64,000 nt of DNA from Hyphochytrium catenoides (GCA_900088475.1 FLMG01002763.1:62001-126000), one strand, 5' to 3'. Numbered from the stretch's first letter, positions 1-13,201 are shown. Numbers and translations: made by a program. Notes: generated by a model from the sequence alone, not told the origin.

Positions 1-1005
1 TTTTGATGCTTGCAGAAAATTTAGTCAGAGTGGGTAGCACGATTGTTGGCTATGTATATATACATGGGATGGGTGGGCAACGGCGCGGATTTGGGATTGT
101 AACTGCTGGACAGTCTTTTTGGGTTGAGAATAATCTGATCCTTCGCCGCCATTGATCTTATGAGCCGTCCCTAGTACCGTCCTGAGCTATAGCAATGCTG
201 ATAGTAGTTAAAAAACTGTACAAGTGAGATGCTTCCAGTAGATACACCGCCTATCAAAGCAGGCTCTAAGGCCAAGACTCAAGTCTTCCTGGATGTCTCT
301 TCGTTCTATCTGCTTTGTCTCGAGGCACAAGTGCTACTCGTAGAGAAAACAGTGGTGGAGCAGGTGAGGCATTCCTTAGAGTTTTGCGATGACAGGTTCA
401 CGATGAGCTTCTCCTCCTCGCTCACCGCTGACCAACTCCTTCTCTTCGCAGTCACTCTACAGAGCCTTTCTCCATATCTCCCATGGCCCCGGTTCATCCG
501 TAATCTTCTAACCTACCTGGCTGTAGAGCTAAATCTGGGCCATTTCCATAGTCCTTACCTCACCAGCGCAGTAATCCAGGTGCAACAATAAATGGATTCC
601 CCTAGAACTCCTAATGTAGCCTCGTGGCGGCGATGCCTTACTCCGTAGCAGCTCTTTCTTGGTAACCCGAGATTGATTCCATAGTTGGCGGCACTGTCAC
701 CGTGGCTTTAGGGGGCCACACCCTTGAAGCAGGGGAGCGGCATACGATAGAGGAGATAGCAAAGGAACATAGACTCCTGGTACTTATGATGTAGAGTGGA
801 GGGTCTGTCCTTTGAAATCGCACTCGTATTCCTGTTTCGCCACTGCTGCAGGAAAGTGGTAGTCTATATGAGAAACATGAGAGTGACAAGAGTTTTAACG
901 TTAAGAAGGTGGAGCTTGAGAGGAGGCGAATGCGTCGGGCTGTATCTACAGGGCATATAAATGGCTCCAGGATTGGCCGTACTAGAATTTGTACATCCTT
1001 TGTTC

Positions 1006-3689
1006 CTAGCGACGTTTCCTAGAGCTAACGTCATCATCCCCACGCATCTCTCGATAACTCCGTTTCCCCGGTGCATCGTGATCTCTTCTCCCGTCTCGGT
1101 CTCTCCCTCTTTCCCTGTCACCCCTACTTTCACCTCTCCCGCCTCCTCTTTCTCTGCTACGATCTCGGGAGTGTCGCTCACGATCACGATCCCTACTGCC
1201 TCTATTCCTATCATGCCGGTCTCTGCTGGTGTCTCTTTCTCTTCTTCGTTCTCTATCCCTGTGTTCCCGACCATCACGGTCTCTCGAGTCATCCCTCTTT
1301 CGATGAGACTCCTGTCTGCTACGCCTGGCTCCATCTCTTTCACCATGATCTCTTTCCCTTTCTGCTTTGTCTTTGTCGTCCTTAGAAGGTGGCCTTCCTT
1401 GTCCTCCTCTGCCTCTTCCTGCTTGCTGTTCCATCCACGGACCTGGAGGAAAGGCGCCCGGCGGAGGACCACCCATCCATGGTGCCATCCCGCCAGCCAT
1501 ATCAAACATTCCCATGGCGGCAGGACCGGCCCCTGCCATCCATGGTGGCCTAGGACCTCCCATGTCTCCTGGGCCCCAACCAGGCCGTCCTCTTCCCCCG
1601 CTCTGACCTGGACCAGCATAGGGAGGTCCGGGAGGCCCACGTGGGGCTCCAGGGTAGCCCATCAGAGAGGCTCCAGGACCCCATAAAGGGCCACGAGGAG
1701 GAGGAGCGCCAGGAATCGGAAGGGAAGCTGTAGTACTTGAAGAGGGAGAAGAAGCCGGAGTCTCTCCTTGACTTTGGCTTTTGTTTGGGGTTCTGCTAGC
1801 AGATTCGGAAGCAGGTGCAGCATTGGTTTTGCTCCCTTGCGTCTCCTGCCGCAGTTAAGATTGACACGACAAGTTAGCAACAGACTACAGGGTCAGAAGG
1901 GGTCCCATCAATATAAAGTAAGGAATTGACTATCTAGCATCCATGGAAGATCAGATCACCGTTCGTTACCTTAGAAGGTGCGGTTTCAGTCTGGACGTGT
2001 CAAGGCAAAATGTCAGTACTTGCTAAATTTTAGAGGGAAAACAAACACACTAGCAGATAGGTAGATAGCAATCAAGAGGGAGAATGGGACAGTGAAGTCC
2101 AAGTGAGCCAATTGTTGGCTTCTTCGAGGACACTAAGGAGAAAGAGATGCAAAACACGTATAATAAAAATGGATCTGAGCTTCCTACCTTCTTTCGCGAG
2201 CCCTGCTGTTGGGCAAGTAACACGTCCCTACGATGCTCTAATTGTTTGGCGCAGTATATCTGTTCACGTTTGGTCATTCTTACCCAAGGATAGACAAAAA
2301 TCGCTGCGCAGGATCACAAACAAAAACATGATTCCTACCCTCCACGTCTGTTCGTTGAAGCCATAGTTAAAGTAGTCCGCCAGATCCGCGCCTGGCTTTC
2401 TCCATGGCTTGTCCTCCAATGCGTCAATGTCCACATCAAAGGCTGTTTTTCTTCCTCCAGGTAACTGGAGATTCGTAGTAGACTGCATATAGTAAAATAG
2501 GAAGGAAGAACCAAGAATGGGGTGGCGCTTTAGAAGTTAAGTGATAACTTGCAGCATACTTCCACTGGTCACCAGCAAGTGACAGTAGCGAGAAGGATAG
2601 TGCCTGGACGTACAATCAGGGCGCGCAAGAGCGCAAGAAGTAACAGCAAACCGACAGATTAGAATGACGGTGTTGGAGAGCACAATACACCCTGGAGAAG
2701 CATAAGCAGGTAGCGCAAGGATAAACGTCCGTAACCTAATCAGCATTGACCCGGAATGCGGCCAGATAACGGGTGAAGGTCAACGTGGGTGGATAAGTAG
2801 AGGGACAGGATGGCACATGGACGATAGAGAAGCTTGGGCCGTCTGTCAGCCAAGGTCGCACCAGTAGCGAGGAGGTTGCAGTGCCAGCTTGTGAGCTTGA
2901 GACTGGACCTATATTGGGAGAGTGGGCGCTACTGGCTCCTGTCCTCACATACTTGTTGCCACCTAACATGACAGGTCATGATTTATCAGAAAGTGACCAC
3001 ATCAGCGGTTGAGAGGAAAGAAGGACGAAAGTAGAAGAGATTAGAGCAAAGAAGAAGACGTTAGCGCAAACCATTTGGTTAGAACAGTAAAAGCCTCGTA
3101 CCGCCAAACTTGAAGGTCGGCCTCGTATCTGTAACTACAATCTGAAAGTTTTCATCTTCATCCTCATCCTCATCATCCGCACCGTCCTGCACATCCTGCT
3201 GCTCAGTCATAGAACCATTCTCAGATAGGTAGACGGCACTACCTGCGGTTGTTCCTCCTTTGTAATGCTAGGGAAAAGGTGCCGTGAGCTTTACGAAGGC
3301 GCGATAAACAGTTCTTATGTCGGTACCTTCTTTTAGAACTGAAATCGCCATAAAGCATAGCCTCAGCATCGTCTTTCAAGGGAAGGCGGAGTAAGAATAT
3401 ACCTCTATGATGACTGCCCAGAACTATTACCTTCTGCATCGGTGCTGCGTTTGTCTCCTGAGGCCGCCGTAACTGCGAAAGCTGTAGGCAAGACGTATTG
3501 CTTGGACCATTTACAAACGGCAATAAGTAACCCTATTTCCATACCGGCGCTTGCTGACTTGGCGCTATCTCTGTCAGTAGTCTCCACGCTCTGCAACAAA
3601 AGCTCTCCTCCCAGATCGTCGTCCTAGACATTGCAGCGTAACGTCAATTTCCACACAAATGAGTGTTGAGTCGTGTCCCGTACCTCCAT
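1006..3689 (-). CDS. FIP1: Pre-mRNA 3'-end processing factor FIP1 (multi-exon)
   Basis: Fip1 motif [35 protein letters not shown]|IYCAKQ (exons ~2340-2480 and ~2190-2260). Acidic N-terminus ([15 protein letters not shown]), then a Pro/Gly-rich and RD/RE-rich tail ending SSRKRR-TAG at 1006. GT-AG introns can be traced in phase from ATG 3689 (ATG GAG|gtacgg). Confidence 0.93.
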
Positions 3690-4426
3690 TTCTCCCAAAG
3701 ATACAAAGCGCTACCGGTACCACAAAGGACAGGGCTCGAGTTTGGACTTGAATGTCCCAGTAACTGGTTCTAACACTTTGACAAGCTACCTTTATCCGCA
3801 GGCGGATGCCACTATGTAATCCTATGCTACAAAGTCCCTCCTAGTCATCGTTGCTCATCTTTATCCTCAATTGAGATTCCTCCGCATCTGTTGAAGCTCG
3901 ACTCTGTTGTTCTGTGTCAATTCTGGAGCTTCATTCTCCAATAAAGATAGCCGGTAACGATGATCCTTTAAGCCGCCAACGACTATGCTTTTACCTCCGA
4001 TAAAGCGCTACTGAATTTTGTTGTTGTACTTCGTTGTTGACAGGGGAAAGAAATATCATTTTCGGAGTTTAATATCTGCGGTGTAGTAATATATCGGGTT
4101 AGGCCTTTATTCCTGAATTATGCAAGGCTTGAAGGCCTTTGGCCGTCAGGAAAAAGCCCTTACTCTGCTTTACGCACTACTGGCAATATACGAGGTTGGT
4201 GGAGGTCAATCGGAAGTCTAAGCCTGTCATTATGCCCCGAAGACTATTACTACTCCGATGGCTATGTTATATCACTGGTCTGGAGGTTTAGTAATAGCGC
4301 GGGCGCGCCGCTAATTGCTATCCACCGAACTGCAGAAAGCTGAGCTCGCGGTCTCTGTGTCATCGATCTCTAAGTCACTTGTTTGCACCGTGGCACTTAG
4401 TATATAGGCCAGGCCAGAAGACTTCG

Positions 4427-4739
4427 GTAAGTGAGATGAACTAAGAGCTGTCTTGAGAGGAAGGATAGGATCATAAGGGAGCGCATGGGTAGAGTATGAG
4501 TATCGTGGACACTCACAAAGCGTCCATTTATCATTTGTCGGAGAATCGCCATCCTATCAGGGGTACATATAGCGGATAAGTGGAGGGTCACGAAAATCGC
4601 AGTGAGATACTTAGCGCGGTACTAGCGCGCGACAACTGGCTTAGGCTTCATTCAGCTCTGGTGGTTATCAGCTCACTTATGCGTAGAGAAGTGGTCCTGT
4701 TCGCCAGCTAATCACACCATTACGTCCTCTATTTTTCAG
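4427..4739 (+). other. Putative 5'-UTR intron of RPL21
   Basis: Consensus donor cg|GTAAGT at 4427. Branch-like gctaat and polypyrimidine ...tttttCAG end 5 nt before the ATG. Confidence 0.55.
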
Positions 4740-4744
4740 GAACG

Positions 4745-5352
4745 ATGCCACACTCACACGGTTACCGTGCGCGTACGCGCTATATGTTTGCGCGTCCGTT
4801 CCGCCGCCATGGTGTGATCCCTCTCTCCAACTACTTGATCACCTACAAGACCGGAGACTATGTAGATATCAAGGCTCACGGTGCCGTGCACAAGGGCCTC
4901 CCTCACAAGAACTACCACGGCCGGACCGGTATCATCTACAATGTTACCAAGCGCGCCGTAGGTGTCCGTGTGAACAAGCAGGTTGGCAACCGCATCATCC
5001 ACAAGCAAGTGACTGTGCGTGTAGAGCACGTGCACCCTTCCAAGTGCCGTGATGAGGTTATCCGCAGAGTCAAGGAGAATGAGGCCAAGAAGACCGAGGC
5101 TCGTCAGTCCAAGGGTAAGTGAGGTTAAGATATGATAGACCTGCTTGCCCCTGGCCGCTGACATTGCATGCTCGTCTCTACCGGTCTTCGTTGACATCTT
5201 TACTGTTGTGGCTCTCTCGTTTTCCCCGATTGAAAATAGTTCACTACGACCTCAAGCGCCACCCCAAGCCTCCTAAGGCTGGTTACACTCTGAAGACCAA
5301 GGGCCAGAAGCCCACTCTCATGGCTGCGCAGCCATTCGTGGACCTGGTGTAA
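4745..5352 (+). CDS. RPL21: 60S ribosomal protein L21 (eL21), two coding exons (4745-5114, 5240-5352)
   Basis: [15 protein letters not shown]...[10 protein letters not shown]...[14 protein letters not shown]...RVEHV. Intron G|gtaagt...aatag|TT; ends PFVDLV-TAA. Strong C/G-ending codon bias typical of a highly expressed gene. Confidence 0.98.
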
Positions 5353-6410
5353 ACGTGCAGCGGGAGTGCCCTGTTTGCTATACTTGGTGTGGACAATAAA
5401 ATGGCTTCTGGTTATAACCCTTTCGCGCTCCTATGTACCCGAAATACTAACTACTATGGAGTTTGAGTCTCCTGCCGCCTCTCTCGCCTGCACTACCCTC
5501 TTCACTCTGCTCTGCTCCTGTCGCCTGCCAATTACTTACCAGGGGATCGCAGCTAGAGGCCACGCTTGGCCCACAGTGTTCTGGAGGGCAATGGCGATCT
5601 GTAGGAGTGAAACCGCTAAAAATTCTTCTAGGAACCTTGGGAATCACAGAGAAAACTCCGTTGAGGTTTACTCTCATGTTGTAGCTAGAGCGCAGGTTAT
5701 GAAAACTCTTGACTGCGTAGCAGGCAACGGGACAAGCGTGAACTAAGGATGATAGTACTATGGCCCGCCTTATGAGTAGCTTCGCCAACAGACGACACTT
5801 CCCTCTTATAAGTGCAAAGTCATCAGCCTAAACGCCAGGTTAAAGAGTGAGCAGCGTAGAAAGTAGAAGGGCAGTAAGGCATCATCACTTCCTCATCATC
5901 AAAGGACCCAGCCATTCTGAGCTATTGTGCTGATGCCCTACCGACTAGTGGTTGCTTGCCATGATGATACCGTGACGATTCTGAATACCTATGACAGAAT
6001 TGTTTCACTTCGGAATGAAACGTGTTCCTGTGCCGAATGGTTACACTAGGACTGTGTGCTGATCTTTTTGGGTTCTGATGACCGTTCTAATGAGGAGAAA
6101 AGGTCAACAGAGCTCTTGCTTGGCCAACAACAGATGGGAAGAGCAAGACAAGGAGACGAAGGCACTAGACCATCGGCAGCGACCAGGGACACCTCTCTGA
6201 CTTAAGCGCTAAGATACTCGACCATCCCTAAGAGTAAGGTGGCATTGGCAGCTTGTCGACGCCGCTGATTAGCGCTTGTCGCCCTAGTAGTTGCGGTCCT
6301 TTGGTCCAGATTCTCCTTTGTAAGTACTTGAAGACTCGTTGTCTCAGCTCTCCTGGTACTCGCTCATCCAGCTCTCAGTCTCTCGGGAGAGTTTTGCTGC
6401 TTGAGGAAGA

Positions 6411-9400
6411 ATGAAGGTTGTGGGACTGGTCAGCGGCGGGAAAGACAGCTGCTTCAACATGATGAAGTGTGTCACGCATGGCCACGAAATCATTGTTCTT
6501 GCCAATCTCATGCCTCCTCCAGGTAGACTGGTCAACTCTAGCCTCTCTTCACACTAGCCTCTCCTTTCCTCAGTCCCAAAATCTCTATATACCTTCATCC
6601 ACTTCCGAGTCTCCCTTCTCCCAAGCTTTGTGCTTTTTCTCCCATGCTTCCTCTGTCTCACAGTTCACCATCGGCCCTCTTTCCTCATCTCATCCTTTTG
6701 GTTCCTTAAATTGTAGGACGAGATGAGCTAGACAGCTTCATGTTCCAGTCCGCTGGCCATGACGCAATAGAGTATATTGCAGAATGTATGGAGTTGCCTT
6801 TGCTTAGAAAGGAGATCAAAGGACAGGCACTGGAGCAAGGGTTGCAATATAATAGGAGAGAGAAGGACGAGGTGGAAGACCTCTACGAACTCCTAAGAGA
6901 AGTTAAGGTACACTACGTGAGCTGGGAAAGCGGAAGGAGTGATTGTAGAGGCGAGAGGTGAACGAGGCAGAGCCATTGAGCGACAGAGAGAGAGGGTTAA
7001 AAGCAGATGCGCTCGGGTTCTTGCTCTTTATTGTGACCCTTTGACCTCTTCACTGATATATCCAGCTACACAGGGGGAGCAACTGATATAATGTCTGACT
7101 TCTCCTCCACTGGACCACTTTTACCTTCGGAAAGGTCAAATATCCTGAAGTGGAAGCAGTAGCTTGCGGAGCCATTTTCTCTACTTACCAGAGGCTGCGA
7201 GTTGAGAACATGTCGGTGTATCTGCTTAACTCTCCCCCTGCCTCTGGCATTGGCCTCGGGATGTCGTACGCGTTTCTTTAGGGTCTGAAGTTTGCTCTCT
7301 ATTGTGACGTCCTATCCCACACTGAGCCCGATCTATCAGGCCTTATCTGATCTCTTTGTCCTTGGCTCCTCTTCCATTATCCTTTTTGCTAAATCTAGAT
7401 AGTCTTTCACACAGCGATCGCTGATGGGTGTCCCTTTCCTTCCCAGATGCTCTCGACTCGGCCTTGTGTCTTTGTGCTATTTATGGAGAAGGCCTCAGGA
7501 AGAGCTCCTTAAGGAAATGATAGATTCAGGCATCGACGCAGTGCTCGTTAAAGTTTCATCCATGGGCAAGTAGCGTGCTCACTTCTTCTTGTACCCTCAT
7601 GTCTCCAGAAGGGTCGGGCATTTTCCTTATACTTTCCTGGCCCTTCCCCTGCTCCTGGCTCTATCGACTTCTCCTTATCACTACGCATGGTCCTTGATCG
7701 TCGTTCTTTTCTTCTCTTTCACGCTCATTTAGCTGACAAAGGCCTCCTATAGGTCTCGTTCCCAAGAAGCACTTAGGGCTGTCAGTAGCTGAGCTGTTTT
7801 CCTACTTCAAGCAGTTGGTATTCCAATTTACATTGCTCGTTCTCCTCTCTCTCATCCTCGGTCTCTTTCTTCACACCCGCTGAGAAGTCCCTTGCCTTTT
7901 ATGTTTACCGCTTTCCTTCTGCGTATGAACCTCTGTCTTGAGATCATGCCTCTTCGTGTGCTTCCTTCCTCCAATTTCTCTTATGTTTACCTTCCTTCAC
8001 ATCATGTCCTCCCGTTTAGCGCTTCGACTACACTGTTTTTCCCTTCTAAGACTGATGAGTAGGATGAGAACTATCAGTTCCATGTATGTGGCGAGGGAGG
8101 AGAGTACGAGACCCTTACACTAGACTGCCCTCTGTTCAAACGCAAGATAGTCATGTGAGCTTTCCTGATACATTGGACAAGCTCCACTTGCATTTACTTC
8201 CTAAGCAGCCCCACTTCTTCTGGTCATTTCAATATGTCTACCCACTTCGCTCTGTCAACCTCCAGCGCTAAACTTTATACTATTCACACCTCAGATGAGG
8301 GTCGCTAACCTGCGTCTAGTTCGCCGGAATCCACCTTGTCTGGTTCACAAGAGCCTACCGTGTCATCTGTTCTATGGCCATCTGCGCCTTTTCCTCTATA
8401 AAGGGATCGTTACATGATGCCCCTAACCATCTTAATATGTCCGCTCTCCCCGCTCCAGAGATGAGTCAGAGGTTCTGATACATTCGGACGACATGTTTTC
8501 GCCGGTCGGCATTCTACGAATCAAGAGATTGCACACAGAAGCAAAGGAGCCTCAGCCTTGGCCTTGTGCCCTCTCCCTCTCTCTGGTTCCTTCCTCGCCC
8601 TCTTCGGCCAGAGGTGACACTGGAATAGAGCTCTCACCTTCCCATGCCCAAATGAGAAGAGTGGCTGTTGAAAACCTACGACCAAGTATTTCTTGCTCCG
8701 ATGGCCAGGTTGTTATAGGGAATATAGCGGCCACCGCTGAGACTAGGACATCGAGAGCAGGAGAAGGCAGACAGGGAGAAAAAGAGCTCACAGAGGAGAT
8801 GGAGAGCGCTATGACAGAGTTAAAGAGGCTGTTAGAGCTAACAGGGGTGGGCCTAGAGGATGTTTTCTTTGTTTATTTATATGTCAGCGACATGGGCCAG
8901 TTCAAACTTATCAATGAGGTTTACTGCCGGTACTTCGGCACCAATCCACCCTCCAGGTACGAGAAGAGCCTAGCAACTATTATGGCTCTCAGTATACCGT
9001 TTCAGCAGAACATGTGCTCCATATCTCTTGGTCATATCATCCCATTATCTCGCGTCCTTCTTAGCATCTTCATGTTGTGCATTAAGAGACAGCTATGCTT
9101 CGCTTTGGCCTTGTCCAACTTTGTATGGATTGGGGGTTAATGTTCCTAATCCTGGTGTAGAGTATGTGTTGAACTACCGCTCAAGGATAGAGGAGTACTT
9201 ATCTCGTGCCTGGCGCAAAAGGTTTGGGTTCTTCTGCCCTATAACTCTCGTTCTCCTATATGTCTATGTTTCAGCTCCTTTCGCAAATCTTACTCTTTTC
9301 GCCTTTGTTCTCTTAAGCATACTTCCCTCTGTAAGATGGTTGCCCTCCTATAACTAGTGTAAGGCCCTTCAGCGTCTAACATGAATCTCCGTACAACCCT

Positions 9401-11834
9401 GCTTCGACTCAGTTGTGACCACCTCGGCCTCACATTTCCTGGGCCCCTTATGTGTTCATGCCCGTTTTCACTCTTCTTCTCAAATTCCCTTATCTGAGCA
9501 TTTGGATCTTCGGCTGCCTTCCATTTTAGGACACGCACCATTCAAAGTTCAGTGATCCAACCGATCGAGAGGTTCTCCATGTGCAGAGCATATCGGGTTG
9601 GGCTCCTACCTGCATAGGTCCTTATAGTCAAGCAAACAAGGTGAGACATCTACGGCTCAACTCTTCCAGTTGTCTCTTCTTTGCCGTGTGGGCGCCAACC
9701 CAGAATTAACTTTCGTTTGAGCACCTCTCTATCTGAATTTTTGAATCTACTCGGCTCGCGCTCTCCTAACACTGCGCCAACTGCATAGTTGCGAAAAACG
9801 CTCGTATGGACGGCTGGCCAAATTGGCTTAGTTCCGGAGACTATGGAACTTGCCCGAGGTGGCATGGATACAGAGTTAGATACCGTTAGTCACCCTCCTT
9901 CGCACTTGGGTATCGTTGTCCTCATGATGTCTCTCATTTCTCTTTGGCTCTTTCTCATTCCTCCCGGCCTCTTCCGCTCTTCTAAACGAAGCGGCCCTAA
10001 GTGTCCTTTTCCAGATCTGTGTTAGTTACCGGCTTCTAACGATCACCTGATCTCTTCCTGGAGGCTAAGCTTCCGTCTAGACAGTATATTTCCCTTCGTT
10101 TGCCTTTTTGTTGCATTTTGAATTGCATGTCCCCGGCTCGCCGCGGCAAGGTCTTGAACGATCTTTCCAAGTTTTCCCCTGGTGTCTCCGAATGGTTAAG
10201 TCAACGTGCGCCTCGTCTCTTCAGTGCTTTCAGAACCAGCAGAACGTCCTTCACGCACTGGACTCCCGACTGGCTAACTGCGTGGCGGGCATTCTCTTTC
10301 TAAGCTCGTCAAACAAGGAATTAAAGCAATCGGTCCTTCCTCCCCTGCTTGAGAATGGGACTCGGGAACCCGAAGAAGACTTTACTCTTCCTCCTTCCGA
10401 AGATGATGCGTCAGCCGAGGAGAGCAGTGGGGAAGAGGAACACGAGGAACGGGGAGAAGCCACATCGAGAGAAATAAGTACTAAGGCCTATGAGAGTCTA
10501 ATGGAGCATGTAGGGGTCCTCTTTTCAAACTGCCTTTCCAATCTTAGTTTGCTGTTCCTCTCTTTGGTATACTAGCAGCTCTATAGTAGTGTTTCTTAGC
10601 CATTGCTCTTCTATGTCTGTTATGGTCTCAGGTTCAGGTTCCACTACTCTGCCTTGAGGTCTCTTCCCTTCCCCGTGGTGCAGCCATAGAACTGGAAGTC
10701 ATCTCTCTTACCAATATCTTTGTGCGCAACTTTAGCGTCAAACGTACCCTGCTTAGAGGTAGGGCCACCTTCCACTGTGTTCGTTGCTAACTTTGGTCTA
10801 CTTCCAGTCACTGTAGAATGCGTCCTACTTCCTTTCTTGGTTTGCTGCTTCAACCTCTTAAACTGTTGGACCCAACCTCTTAAACTGTTCGACCGTGCTT
10901 CGGCTCACTGTCTGACACTTGTTCCACATTGGACAGAACAAAGTGATAATTACACAGCTGTGTGCTACAGCAGCTACTGCCCCCGAATGTTCAGTTTCTC
11001 CTCGATCGTTATAGGTATATGCCATTCTGCTTGCTCTTTGTAACTCGGTTTCCTTCACTTTGTAGTATTCTCCTTACAATATTAGCACTTTGAAGTTGGC
11101 CTCCGCCATCTTCAGGATGAGCCATTCCTTCTTGACTTGGGTCACCGTTGATGTGCTAGATTCTTCTCTTGTCCTGCCTGGTCCAGCTCCTGAGCCCATC
11201 ACGAAGTAACCTTGGGCATTTGAGATTGTTCAGCTTATTACTGGTTGTTGATCTGTCGTCGTGATCGTGTAAAATTCCAGGCGAGAACAGCACTGAAGCT
11301 ATTCCTGAATCGGCCATTGAGAAAACCTTGAAGGACGCCATGGGTCTTTTGTTATCTATGACACAGAAGGCACTTGCACTGTCGAGTTCTTCTGTTCTCA
11401 AGTGCCAGCTTATCCGTCTCTTCTTTCCTTCTACTGTTTGGGACCATGAAGACATAGCTGCGCGCATGCAAGAAGGTACATCAGCAACTGGAAGATCTTC
11501 CTTAGACTATTTCTCTCATCACATTCGTATTCTTCTCGTGGTGCTTGAGACTAGCCCAAGCTGGGTTCCCAGTGATCCTCCATCAATGGTTGTTCTCCTT
11601 GACCTCATTCGCAAGAGTTGATTAATCTGTTGTGTTCTCACAGCTTTCGAAAGGGCAGTCAAGGAGACTCCAGTTTTTAGGAGAGAGAAAGAGGAGGAGA
11701 GAGTGATACCTCTTCCGTCTCTTTGTCTCATCCCGGTCGTTCGACTACATAATAGTGCAGCTTTGGCAGCACAGGTCATGTGGTACGATCTTGCCAAAAT
11801 AGAGACAGAACTTTGGCTCAGGCGGCTCTTATGA
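6411..11834 (+). CDS. DPH6: Diphthine-ammonia ligase (diphthamide synthase), long form with C-terminal RidA/YjgF-like domains (multi-exon)
   Basis: MKVVGLVSGGKDSCFNMM; DELDSFMFQSAGH; GAIFSTYQRLRVENICSRLGL; HVCGEGGEYETLTLDCPLF. RidA-like 1: LYVSDMGQFKLINEVYCRYFGTNPPSRVCV. RidA-like 2: LHVQSISGWAPTCIGPYSQA...AGQIGLVP. Last exon ends WLRRLL-TGA at 11832-11834. Confidence 0.95.
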
Positions 11835-12231
11835 TAGACTCATTTACCCTTATATTGCATCAGAAGGCTAACACCTTCCTACTCTGCCTACCGTCAGAAC
11901 AGTGTACCCCTCGGTATCCAAATATTCAAAGACTATTATCTCATTATCTATCTGTGACCAAGGTTAGCACCAGCAGGTAGCAGCAAGCGCATCAGCAAGA
12001 CAGATAATGTCTTGTAAAGTGAGAGAGAGAGGAAGGATAGAGCAAATTGCGTGTATCTCTTGACCGTTATTTCCTGTTTCCAGCTCTGCCGCCTGTCACA
12101 GCTTGTGGCTGCGACATACACCTCTACTTCAGGACTGCAAGACATTCTTCACCCCATTCTTCAAGTGTGAAACGGATACACACCTTTCTTGGACTCCGAC
12201 GAGCCCAGTAAATCCTACTCCATATTCTTCT

Positions 12232-12346
12232 NNNNNNNNNNNNNNNNNNNNNNNNNNNNNNNNNNNNNNNNNNNNNNNNNNNNNNNNNNNNNNNNNNNNN
12301 NNNNNNNNNNNNNNNNNNNNNNNNNNNNNNNNNNNNNNNNNNNNNN
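12232..12346. other. Assembly gap (others at 13830-13892, 36148-36179, 38641-38700, 61188-61208)
   Basis: Runs of N. Confidence 1.
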
Positions 12347-12493
12347 CTTCCTGCTTCCTGCTATTGTCATGAGGTAGACAAGTGGACGTGAGAGATAACG
12401 TTGGGGGACGTGAAGCTGCCAGTAGCTGGCGTTAGCGGCTACTGTAACGGCTCTTGCCTCCTCACGAAAGCTTTCTCACCAACTCAAAGCTGC

Positions 12494-12780
12494 GACCTGT
12501 AATTAAGGGTGTCGGGGGACAGTGCATTTATTTCTTTCCAACAAATTTTCAGCGGTGAATTTTCCTCCCCCGCATCTTAGGCAAATGGTCCGTCTCTCTC
12601 CATTACTAGGTAAGCAGCTGCCCTTACTTGACAGATCGACAAGTTTCCTTGAAAATTATAGAATCGTCATATGGAGTTGTCACTATTCCAATCACAAATT
12701 CTGCCTTTTTTTAATAAAATTGGCCGAATGTAGGGTATCTGTTGACCCTAACGGTGAAAGGCCCCGTTAATTTACAGGTC
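12494..12780. mobile_element. Possible MITE-like element with imperfect terminal inverted repeats
   Basis: gacctgtaattaaggg at 12494 versus ccccgttaatttacaggtc ending at 12780 (reverse complement gacctgtaaattaacgggg). The interior is AT-richer and non-coding. No target-site duplication is seen. Confidence 0.25.
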
Positions 12781-13037
12781 AAGGTTGTTCTAGGCCACTG
12801 CGCCTCCAAAATGCCAGGAGAAGAGGGTGGACAGCGTTATTTTTGGCGTCTTTCCACACTGTCAAGCACCATGTGGGTGGAAGGTCCAAACCTTAGCCGC
12901 CCCTGTTTGGACTTTCAACTGAAGCTTGGAGCTTTGGACCTGAACATAGGCTAGAGTGGATGTCCGATGTTCAGGTCTCCTCCAGGATCATTAATGGATC
13001 GGCCTTGAGGGTAGGTTCTGGTTGATTCTTTCGAATG

Positions 13038-13201
13038 TCTGTCTTTCTCTCTCTCCCTCCCTCTCTCCCTCCCCCTCTCTCTCTCTCTCGCTCTCTCTCT
13101 CGCTCTCTCGCTTTCTCCCTCTCTCTTGACACTCTCTCTCCACCTCTCTCATGCATTCTCCACTTCCTCTCTCTCTCTCCATTTCTCCCTCCCTCTCTCC
13201 C

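Noticed and set aside
864-1686. Long overlapping ORFs on both strands (258, 241 and 104 aa) over the FIP1 last exon
   Set aside because: Shadow frames of the GC-rich, repetitive PG/RD-RE tail. Only the frame ending SSRKRR joins the Fip1 motif exons.
4754-5197. 147-aa antisense ORF over RPL21
   Set aside because: Expected by-product of strong codon bias (no TTA/CTA/TCA in the sense frame).
8493-11834. DPH6-RidA fusion as a novelty
   Set aside because: This is the known long form in fungi, plants and many protists.
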